A DNA stretch of 64,000 bases, taken from assembly GCA_040326155.1 (NCBI GenBank), contig JBEQLE010000001.1, positions 76,959-140,958 of the forward strand, in the 5' to 3' direction. The first letter of the stretch is position 1. Every line of letters begins with the position of its first letter. The position numbers were made by a program, and so were the translations under genes. Shown here in pieces: positions 41,657 through 49,658 of the stretch. The DNA comes from Leptospirales bacterium (lineage in GTDB: Bacteria > Spirochaetota > Leptospiria > Turneriellales > JAOUFE01). The notes under the pieces are model-generated. The model worked only from the letters and a program-made list of their open reading frames with translations, was not told the DNA's origin and searched no databases.

Positions 41657-41849
41657 CGTCGGTAAGTAATGTTTTGAATTGGTCAGATTTTACAAAATTG
41701 TCAAAACTATTTGATGCTTTTTCAATTGGGTATTCTGGTGAGTTATTTAATTGAACTTGTTTTTTAAAGGTTTTATCTTTAATTCGATCAATAAATCTTT
41801 TACTTGCATCGATTGTTGATTTATCGAAATGTTTTTCGAAATCGCTCAC
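41643..41849 (-). CDS. Small hypothetical protein, first gene of the antisense pair
   Basis: 68 aa, GTG start with GGGGG RBS-like run; overlaps 41117-41656. Confidence 0.5.
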   Translation of the reverse strand: MSDFEKHFDKSTIDASKRFIDRIKDKTFKKQVQLNNSPEYPIEKASNSFDNFVKSDQFKTLLTDDGKQ

Positions 41850-42233
41850 GTTTTACCCCCGCAAAAAGAATAAGTAATCTTAAAATAAATTACCATTTAA
41901 TAAGCCATTATTTTTATGTAGTGTGCAGATAGTCAACAAAAAAATGGTTTATAGTATCGTTTCTGGCCAAAATGAACTTTATGAATATTTTTAAATCCAG
42001 AGTCGACATGATGCGATATGACCAATTCCGGGCACATAGTCTTTACATTGGTAGCGGCGTCATTTAGCCCCAAATAAATACGTTATCCAAAACAGACTGA
42101 AAAGATTTGGTATGAAATGCTCCATTACTAGCGCAAAAACCATCGCAAAACTTCGAACCATTTCTTATAAAACAAATGGGATTACACATGGGACGTTGAG
42201 TAACCATCAAATTTTACCCGCAACAACCAATAT

Positions 42234-42303
42234 TTATCCCCTAAATTATATAAAATACTTTACACTTGTTAAAAGCACTATACATATGGATATATATAAA
42301 AGC
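42234..42303 (+). promoter_or_regulatory. Duplicated upstream element, copy 2 (before fibre 3)
   Basis: Matches 37921-37992. Confidence 0.7.
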
Positions 42304-42421
42304 ATCCAAGCCTGCGCTATTTAACCTAATCCGTTACCGGTATTCGCTCCGGTTGGGGAATTTCCTACCTGTTTTTTGCCGACCCCGGCAGGCCCGGATA
42401 AAACGATAACCGAGGGAACAA

Positions 42422-43177
42422 ATGGCATTAATCGATAAACAGAAAAATCCTGGCGATATGATCAAGTCGCAAGACTGGAACGACACCGTAGATGAAATCA
42501 ACCGGCTCGACAACGATAAGGTGAATAAAGCGGGCGATCTGATTACGGGGGGTCTATCGGTAGGCGGTAAACTCACCGTGAAAGATCAATTTCAAATCGG
42601 CGACGCGAGTCATATAAAAGCGTTCAGCGAAACAGGCGCAGGCGAATTAAAAATCGGGCTGGGTAAATTTCGCATCGGTACGATGATACAGATCGAAGCG
42701 CGGATCGCCGGAGCCAATGCCGAGACAGCGGGTCTCTACCACATCGTCTGCGACTGGAACGAGCGGCCTTCGATTTTATACCAGAGCGTCGGTGACAAAA
42801 TGGGGAGATTAGCGTTCTTTGGCTACCGCCAAAATGAAGAGACCCTGGACGCTTCGAATCTGGCGATACCCAGCGGCGCCGTCTACCTCTGGGCAAGATG
42901 GCTACCCGACGAGACCAAACCTGTCGATCAAAGTAACACGTTGTATTTGAAGGCCGCCTCCGTTACCGAGTTTGATGAGCTCGATACCGGCGTCTGGGAA
43001 ACCGCTTTGAAGTATCCTGTAGGGAAAGTTTTGACTATCGATTCGCGAAGCGGGAATGTCGGGATTGGGACGGATGCTCCGGGGGTAAAAGTGTACAAAG
43101 ATGTAAAATTACCCATCTACACCCACCAACAAAAACAAATCACCCTACTCCCGTTCTATCCACACGATTACTGGTAA
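42422..43177 (+). pseudogene. Truncated tail fibre 3 (anchor domain only)
   Basis: 42412-43082 is colinear with 38102-38772; homology ends right after the first GNVGIGTDAP, then ~30 unrelated codons. Confidence 0.75.
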
Positions 43178-43179
43178 GA

Positions 43180-43731
43180 TCACGTAATCCCCGAAACCAT
43201 TCCCCCCGGGCTGCCCACGAAAGGCGCATGAGCGCCCGGCACCGGCGTTGTTGGCTTTTGCAATTTTACCCAGTCAATGACACAACCCGCAAGTTGCAGC
43301 ATCGATTCCTCTCTGTCATTGGTATCATTATCCAGGTCAATTGCTATTGAGAGGTTGAGGTTTGTGATTGTGGGTGAATAGGCCATCGGCATGGGAGAAG
43401 TCGCAAAACCTACATCGGTGATGTTGTACATGGCCGCACTTAGTCCTGTGACCAACTCGCCTATCATGTGATCCATCGCCTCTTTCCGAATTTCGGCTTT
43501 TGATGCGGTTAAACTCATCGCCAGGTTTTGAATTTTTCCTTTGGCGGTGGTTATTGTGTCTGGGGTGCCTGCCGGATTTAACGCGACCCAGCTAAAACTT
43601 ACCTCCGCATTATCAGCGATATATTTAGCAATAGCCTCGCCCAGTTTTGACAGCGCACCCTCTGGAGCAACCCCATCAGTCGCCGCCAGAAGCGCTTTTT
43701 GTAAACCCTCAGCACTTAAAGCCATAACCAC
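43180..43731 (-). CDS. Hypothetical tail-associated protein (probable start 43725)
   Basis: MAL....L.......L..AI..Y....A.V pattern, recalled from small proteins next to phage baseplate spikes. Confidence 0.5.
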   Translation of the reverse strand: MVMALSAEGLQKALLAATDGVAPEGALSKLGEAIAKYIADNAEVSFSWVALNPAGTPDTITTAKGKIQNLAMSLTASKAEIRKEAMDHMIGELVTGLSAAMYNITDVGFATSPMPMAYSPTITNLNLSIAIDLDNDTNDREESMLQLAGCVIDWVKLQKPTTPVPGAHAPFVGSPGGMVSGIT

Positions 43732-43807
43732 TTCCTTAGATTTTTCATAGACATGTTACACCGTATTGTTATAAAGACAATCATAACGTTTAAGAAACAA
43801 TAGAATG

Positions 43808-43826
43808 TACAAAACATTGTTTTGTA
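43808..43826. promoter_or_regulatory. 19-bp perfect palindrome between divergent genes (operator candidate)
   Basis: TACAAAACA-T-TGTTTTGTA. Confidence 0.5.
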
Positions 43827-43916
43827 AAGGAAAAAATAAAGCATAAAGGCGCGAAAGAGATTCGCTGCTGATTATATTAATTATTTATAAAATTTAAATG
43901 TAGGTAGGTAAGAACA

Positions 43917-44111
43917 ATGAAAAAACAATTAGAACAAAGACTGGAAACACTCAAAAGTGAATTTTCTGACGGCCAAAAACAACTAATGGAACTTCAAAAT
44001 CAGGAGACATCACTAAAAGAAACTCTACTACGAATTAGCGGCGCCATACAAGTTCTTGAAGAAGAGATAAATGGACCTGAACCGGCCTCGACGAATTTAA
44101 ATGATAAATAA
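43917..44111 (+). CDS. Small coiled-coil protein
   Basis: Heptad pattern ending LLRISGAIQVLEE; overlaps next gene. Confidence 0.7.
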   Translation: MKKQLEQRLETLKSEFSDGQKQLMELQNQETSLKETLLRISGAIQVLEEEINGPEPASTNLNDK

Positions 44112-44619
44112 ACTCATTCAATCCATCATTCTTCTGCTGGAGCAAAACTTGAGCGCGATTTTGGACACTCCGGTAGATCAAACAAATCCATCACTCACGG
44201 TTTTACCGGGCAAGTTTTCTTTTGTTCCCGGGGCCAATCAAGATCGTCTGCAAGCACGCGCTCAGCAATTAGCGTCCGAGCGAGATTTCAACCAGGAATT
44301 TTTTGTAAAAATTCTGGCTCCGGACGTAGCGAAAAGTGAAGAAATAGCCGCGCTTGCCATTAACATTATTATCACAGAAAAAGAGTTCCTGCTTGGGCAG
44401 GTAAACCGCGAAAACAAAGCAACATACCAAACCGGTAAGTACGTATCAGAAATCGATATAACCGAATTTCAGTTTCTCGAAGGCGCACTAGATAACTCCG
44501 GTGCCGTAATTAATTTCGTCATGAAATTTCAAGCCGGCGGACGTTTAACTCTAGCCAAAGAAGCCGGACCGGCTGAAGTTATTGAAAAAGTAGTTCTAAA
44601 TGAGCCTAACGTACAATAA
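44101..44619 (+). CDS. Possible tail terminator/cap (Pvc16/Afp16-like) or hypothetical protein
   Basis: MI..L...I..LL...L start, alpha/beta pattern, terminal position in the locus; weak support. Confidence 0.4.
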   Translation: MINKLIQSIILLLEQNLSAILDTPVDQTNPSLTVLPGKFSFVPGANQDRLQARAQQLASERDFNQEFFVKILAPDVAKSEEIAALAINIIITEKEFLLGQVNRENKATYQTGKYVSEIDITEFQFLEGALDNSGAVINFVMKFQAGGRLTLAKEAGPAEVIEKVVLNEPNVQ

Positions 44620-44668
44620 GTCTTGACCGCACTCTACCCACCGCTTCCACGGTGTTTTGGCCCGGGTG

Positions 44669-44799
44669 AATTTCCAGATCCTTAAAAAAATCAGGCCGAC
44701 GACGTCCCAGGTAGAATCGGGTTGTTAAGGTATTTTATTCCACATGTTCGTACTGCGGAATGCGACCGCGCTTCCAACCGTGAAAATAGTCGGGGTACA
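44669..44799. repeat. ~130-bp direct repeat, copy 2 (right border of tail locus)
   Basis: Matches 17533-17662. Confidence 0.95.
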
Positions 44800-44865
44800 A
44801 GAGTCCAATTCAATATATTGCAGAATTAATTGCGTAAACGTGTCCGGTTTTTCGGGGTCATATCA
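44793..44865 (+). mobile_element. IS3-family 3' remnant (last transposase codons plus right inverted repeat)
   Basis: GYKSPIQYIAELIA* (44793-44837), then GTGTCCGGTTTTTCGGGGTCATATCA (44840-44865). Confidence 0.7.
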
Positions 44866-44984
44866 GGTGCTTGACAGGAAAGCCATGAGTAGCGCAATGC
44901 ATTAATAAAATTGACGGATTGTCCATATCTTGTACTGGTGTGACGTATCAAGTTATTTTGCATCTAGAAGTTGAAAAATTACCA

Positions 44985-47804
44985 ATGAATTACACGAATC
45001 AAAACCCTGAACAAATTGCCCGTGATCGAATTGATAAAATGTTAAGCAATGCTGGTTGGGAGGTGCAATCGAAAGATAAAGTGAATTTTGCAGCCGGGCC
45101 TGGTATTGCAGTTCGTGAATACCAGACAGATGTAGGTCCGGCAGATTATGTATTATTTGTAAATAGAAAACCCATTGGTATTATTGAAGCAAAAAGGGAA
45201 GAAGAGGGTCATCGGTTAACTGTCGTTGCTGATCAGTCTGTTGAGTATGCAACCAGTAAGTTAAAACATCTAAATAATGAACCCCTGCCTTTTGTATATG
45301 AAAGTACAGGAACCTTAACAAGTTTTACCGATTATCGTGATCCAAAAGCGAGAGGTCGAAGTGTGTTCTCTTTTCATCGACCGGAAACATTTGATGAATG
45401 GTTAAAGAAAGAAAAATCACTACGGGCCAGACTTCTTGAAATACCAGGGCTAAAGCATACTGGCTTACGACCGGCCCAAATTCGAGCTATCGATAATCTG
45501 GAAGAATCATTTAAGCATAACCGTCCCAGAGCTTTAATTCAAATGGCCACAGGCGCAGGTAAGACATTTACCGCATCAACATTTATATACAGACTTCTAA
45601 AATTTGCAGATGCGAAAAGAGTCTTGTTTTTGGTCGATACAAAAAACCTTGGTGAACAAGCTGAACAAGAGTTTATGAAGTATCAGCCCATCGATGACAA
45701 CCGTAAATTTACAGAACTCTATAATGTACAAAGATTGAATTCGAGCTACATTGCATCCGATTCTCAGGTTTGTATAAGTACCATACAAAGAGTATATTCT
45801 ATTTTAAAAAGTGAAGAGCTTGATGAAAAACTCGAAGAGGAAAACCCTAACGAAAGTAGTTGGAAACCTAAAGAACCGGTTCCCGTTGCCTATAACCCGA
45901 AAGTACCGATAGAGCAGTTTGACTTTATTGTGATCGATGAGTGTCATCGCTCTATTTATAACCTGTGGAAACAAGTACTCGATTACTTCGATGGATTCCT
46001 GATCGGTTTAACAGCTACGCCCGACAAACGAACCTTTGGTTTTTTCAATGAAAATGTTGTCAGTGAATATACCTATGAAGAGTCTGTGGCAGACGGGGTC
46101 AATGTACCCTACGATGTTTATACCATTGAAACCCAGATCACAGAAAAGGGTGCCAGTCTTAAAGCCAAAGAGTTTGTAGACAAAAGAGAGAAACTTACTC
46201 GCAAAAATAGATGGGAACAACTTGAAGAAGATCTAACTTATACACCAAATGAGCTCGATAAAAAAGTTGTCAATGTCAGCCAAATACGAAACATTATTAA
46301 AGCGTATAAAAAAGCCCTACGAACGGAAATATTCCCGAACAGACTTGATTCCAACGGACAGTATGAAGTTCCAAAGACTTTGATCTTTGCCAAGACCGAT
46401 AGCCACGCAGACGATATTATAAAAATCGTTAGAGAAGAGTTTGGTGAAGGCAATGATTTCTGTAAGAAAGTAACGTATAAAGTTGAGGAAGATCCAAAAT
46501 CGATCTTAAACAAGTTTCGTAATTCATATTACCCTAGAATTGCTGTAACCGTAGATATGATCGCAACCGGCACAGATGTAAAACCACTGGAGTGTCTTTT
46601 GTTCATGCGAGACGTAAAAAGTACAAACTACTTTGAGCAAATGAAAGGCAGAGGTACACGCACAATCAACAGTGAAGATTTGAAAATGGTCTCAAAAACC
46701 GCCCATGCGAAAACTCACTTTGTTATTGTCGATGCCGTGGGGGCCATGAAATCTAAAAAGACAGACAGTCGACCGCTCGAAAGAAAAAAGGGCATTCCCT
46801 TAAAAGATCTTCTAAACGCCGTGACTATTGGGGCACAAGATGAAGATCTCTATTTGTCTCTGGCCAATCGCTTGATACGACTCAACAAACAACTCACCGA
46901 AGCAGAACAAGAAAAAATACTCGAGCATACCGGGGGTAAAAGCCTGGGCGAAATGGCCCGTGGTTTATTGCATGCCTATGACCCTGATATCATTGAAAAA
47001 ACCGCGCAGGATATTATCCCTTCTGAGAATACCACAATTTCAAATGTTGAAGATAAAACGCCACCAACTCTTGAACAAATGAGTGCTGAGGTAGTGGAGC
47101 AGGCACAGCAAACTCTTTTAGAAAACGCTGCTTCTCTATTTAACGGAGAGGTCAATGAGTATCTCGAAAATGTTCGCAGAATACATGAGCAGATTATGGA
47201 TAACATTAATCTCGACACCGTCAAAAAAGCCGAATGGGACTCTGTCTCTGCTGACAAAGCCAAAGAAATTGTCAAAGACTTTACCGAGTATATTGAACAA
47301 CATAAAGACGAAATTAAGGCACTCACGATATTTTACAACCAGCCTTATAATCGCCGAGAAATTACCTTCAAAATGATTCAAGAAATTATGGAAAAACTCA
47401 AAATGGACAAGCCCACCCTGGCCCCCGATTATGTATGGGAAGCTTATGCTACATTAGAGAGTACCAAAAGCAAAAAACCAGTAAATGAACTCACAGCTCT
47501 GGTGTCGCTTATACGAAAAGTATGCGGCATAGATAAAGAGCTGACATCCTATGATAAAACCATAGACAAGAACTTTCAAAAATGGGTTTTCCGGAAACAA
47601 GCTGGCGACCTGAAATTTACCGAAGAACAGATGAACTGGCTTAGAATGCTCAAAGATCACATGACCCATAGTTTTCATGTCGAAGTCGATGATTTAGACT
47701 ACACACCTTTTGATGCCCAGGGGGGGAAAGGTAAGATGTGGCAGTTGTTTGGGGAAGACATGGATAAGATTATGGCAGAGCTGAATGAAGCTTTGGTTGC
47801 GTAG
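44985..47804 (+). CDS. hsdR: Type I restriction enzyme R subunit (EcoEI/EcoAI-like C-terminus)
   Basis: PADYVL..IIEAK, MATGAGKT, IDECHR, GLTATP, VDMIATGTDV, QMKGRGTR. Confidence 0.95.
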   Translation: MNYTNQNPEQIARDRIDKMLSNAGWEVQSKDKVNFAAGPGIAVREYQTDVGPADYVLFVNRKPIGIIEAKREEEGHRLTVVADQSVEYATSKLKHLNNEPLPFVYESTGTLTSFTDYRDPKARGRSVFSFHRPETFDEWLKKEKSLRARLLEIPGLKHTGLRPAQIRAIDNLEESFKHNRPRALIQMATGAGKTFTASTFIYRLLKFADAKRVLFLVDTKNLGEQAEQEFMKYQPIDDNRKFTELYNVQRLNSSYIASDSQVCISTIQRVYSILKSEELDEKLEEENPNESSWKPKEPVPVAYNPKVPIEQFDFIVIDECHRSIYNLWKQVLDYFDGFLIGLTATPDKRTFGFFNENVVSEYTYEESVADGVNVPYDVYTIETQITEKGASLKAKEFVDKREKLTRKNRWEQLEEDLTYTPNELDKKVVNVSQIRNIIKAYKKALRTEIFPNRLDSNGQYEVPKTLIFAKTDSHADDIIKIVREEFGEGNDFCKKVTYKVEEDPKSILNKFRNSYYPRIAVTVDMIATGTDVKPLECLLFMRDVKSTNYFEQMKGRGTRTINSEDLKMVSKTAHAKTHFVIVDAVGAMKSKKTDSRPLERKKGIPLKDLLNAVTIGAQDEDLYLSLANRLIRLNKQLTEAEQEKILEHTGGKSLGEMARGLLHAYDPDIIEKTAQDIIPSENTTISNVEDKTPPTLEQMSAEVVEQAQQTLLENAASLFNGEVNEYLENVRRIHEQIMDNINLDTVKKAEWDSVSADKAKEIVKDFTEYIEQHKDEIKALTIFYNQPYNRREITFKMIQEIMEKLKMDKPTLAPDYVWEAYATLESTKSKKPVNELTALVSLIRKVCGIDKELTSYDKTIDKNFQKWVFRKQAGDLKFTEEQMNWLRMLKDHMTHSFHVEVDDLDYTPFDAQGGKGKMWQLFGEDMDKIMAELNEALVA

Positions 47805-47930
47805 AATCAATTACTAAATAATACAAATTCACAATTCACAACTATTAACTCGTAATTCATACTTAACCTCTATGGTAAATTGTTGTTGACATATTGTGTC
47901 GTTATGTCGAATTTATATTTGTGGCTATAA

Positions 47931-48233
47931 ATGAAAGTGGTCTTTTCAAATAAGAAACTGGAAAAACTCTACGAAACGGGCAGTAGCTCAAAGTACAAGG
48001 TAAACCAACAAATTATAGAGAGTTTTTTTGAGGCGATCTCTATTTTAGAAGCCGCCAGAGATATCCATGATTTATGGAAACGCCCATCATTGAAATTTAA
48101 AAAATATAAAACATGGTATTCTCTTCGAGTTACTCTGAAATGGCGACTAGAAATAAATATCAAATGGGAAAACCAGGAAAAGACAATAGGGCAGATACAA
48201 ATTAAAGAGCTGAGTAACCATTATGGTGACTAA
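47931..48233 (+). CDS. higB: HigB/RelE-family toxin
   Basis: M.V.F.NK.LE.LY..G, DL...PSL.F, YSLRV...WRL, ELS.HY; upstream of a HigA-like gene. Confidence 0.85.
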   Translation: MKVVFSNKKLEKLYETGSSSKYKVNQQIIESFFEAISILEAARDIHDLWKRPSLKFKKYKTWYSLRVTLKWRLEINIKWENQEKTIGQIQIKELSNHYGD

Positions 48234-48268
48234 TGTAGTGACGAAATAAGGTAATAAGGCAGTAAAAG

Positions 48269-49381
48269 ATGAACAAAAAATTGAAACCTTTTCTAAATAT
48301 TGGCCCTGGGCAAATTATTAAAAGAGAAATGGAAGCCCTGAATTGGTCGCAAATAGATTTATCTGAAATTATCTCCATGGCTCCGAAATCGATTAGCCAG
48401 ATGATAAACAACAAGCAATCGATAACCGTTGAAACAGCTTTTCTTTTGTCAAAGGCCTTTGATTCAAGCCCTGAATTTTGGATGAACCTGGAGCAAAATT
48501 ACAGGTTACGATTAAAAGAAGACGGCCAGAGAGAGAGTGAGACAAGCACGAAAGCAGAGATTAGAAGACATGTACCTTTATTAGAAATGAAAAAAAAAGG
48601 GTGGGTCAGTTTTGATTCAACTGCAAAGTCACAGGTGCAAGCTTACTGTAATTTCTGGCAACAAAAAAAACCAGACTTTTCATCTTATGATAAACAAGCG
48701 CCAGCCTTCCATGCTCGCAAATCGAAAGCTGATCCAGAGTATACAAAAAACTATTCCATCACCTGGTTACAAAAAGCGCATATCGAAGTGAGTTTGCTGG
48801 CCGATAAAGCAGCCGCGTATAATGCCACTCGGTTAGAAAAACTGGCAGTTGAAATACCCACCTATAGTTTAAAACCCGATGGCGTAAAAACTTTTATTCA
48901 AGATTTATACAAAACAGGCGTGCATTTTTTTATATTGAGTCATCTGCCCAAAACCTACCTGGATGGAGCAGCCTTTCAGGTTAAAAATAAAAAGTGCATC
49001 GTCTATACAGCCCGACACAACAGGGTAGATAACTTCTGGTTCACCATCGCTCACGAAATTGCCCATATTTTAAAACATGTAAAAACAGAGAAAGACTGCT
49101 TTCTCGATAATCTCGACGAAGAGTCGGCAGACAGACGAGAGAAAGAGGCCGACGCCTTAGCCGAAAAATGGATGCTCACAAAAGAAATACTAAAACTGGC
49201 GAAGCCCCACGCCAAATATCTTTCTCATACTAAATTACTAGAGATCTCAGCCACATTGAACATCGAACCATCCATCATTGTCGGCGCCTTGCAACACCAC
49301 GGCATCATCGAAGCTCGCAAACTAAACAAGTATAAACAAGAAGTGAAAAAGTTGATTCCGAAGAAGTACCACCGAGGGTGA
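48269..49381 (+). CDS. higA: HigA antitoxin fused to an ImmA/IrrE metallopeptidase domain
   Basis: PG..I..E.EA..WSQ, FWMNLE..Y; DGA, R.DNFWFTIAHEIAH, E.EAD..A. Confidence 0.88.
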   Translation: MNKKLKPFLNIGPGQIIKREMEALNWSQIDLSEIISMAPKSISQMINNKQSITVETAFLLSKAFDSSPEFWMNLEQNYRLRLKEDGQRESETSTKAEIRRHVPLLEMKKKGWVSFDSTAKSQVQAYCNFWQQKKPDFSSYDKQAPAFHARKSKADPEYTKNYSITWLQKAHIEVSLLADKAAAYNATRLEKLAVEIPTYSLKPDGVKTFIQDLYKTGVHFFILSHLPKTYLDGAAFQVKNKKCIVYTARHNRVDNFWFTIAHEIAHILKHVKTEKDCFLDNLDEESADRREKEADALAEKWMLTKEILKLAKPHAKYLSHTKLLEISATLNIEPSIIVGALQHHGIIEARKLNKYKQEVKKLIPKKYHRG

Positions 49382-49389
49382 AGAGGCTA

Positions 49390-49426
49390 GACAGGATTTA
49401 CATGATTAACAGGATTAAGATTTGGG
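49390..49426. repeat. 9-nt-unit intergenic repeat, copy 2
   Basis: GACAGGATTTACATGATTAACAGGATTAAGATTTGGG. Confidence 0.8.
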
Positions 49427-49456
49427 TGTTTAAATTTCAAAAAATGGAGAATTCAT

Positions 49457-49633
49457 ATGGCAGATAAAAAATCGGGCAAAGATTGGACAAAAGGTGATAT
49501 TGCTCTTTTAAAAAAAATGAAAAATCAAAATACCGATACTGATATTATTGCGAAGAAACTGGAGCGAAGTAAAAATGCAGTTTATATTAAGGTCTCTGAA
49601 CTCGGTTTATCATTAATGCCAAAAGATAAGTGA
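49457..49633 (+). CDS. 58-aa Myb/HTH-like small protein; not in ORF track
   Basis: GGAGA RBS; MADKKSGKDWTKGDIALLKKMKNQNTDTDIIAKKLERSKNAVYIKVSELGLSLMPKDK. Confidence 0.7.
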   Translation: MADKKSGKDWTKGDIALLKKMKNQNTDTDIIAKKLERSKNAVYIKVSELGLSLMPKDK

Positions 49634-49658
49634 TTACTGCTTTGTATTAAGATTAAAT

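Larger units (their letters stand above)
17792..44619 (+). other. Headless contractile injection system (eCIS/tailocin-like) locus
   Basis: Sheath, tube, chaperone, hub, spike, gp25, baseplate J, wedge and fibres in phage-tail order; no head, packaging or T6SS membrane genes recognised. Confidence 0.85.

Noticed and set aside
31009..43177. Diversity-generating retroelement acting on the fibres
   Set aside because: No reverse transcriptase in the window; differences between copies are not adenine-specific and are largely third-position
17792..44619. Intact prophage
   Set aside because: No capsid, portal, terminase, integrase, replication or lysis genes recognised between the repeats
44919..44984. 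ORF-track N-terminal extensions (hsdR 44919, fibre 30985, hsdM 51980)
   Set aside because: TTG starts upstream of better ATG starts at 44985, 31009 and 52028 that match family N-termini
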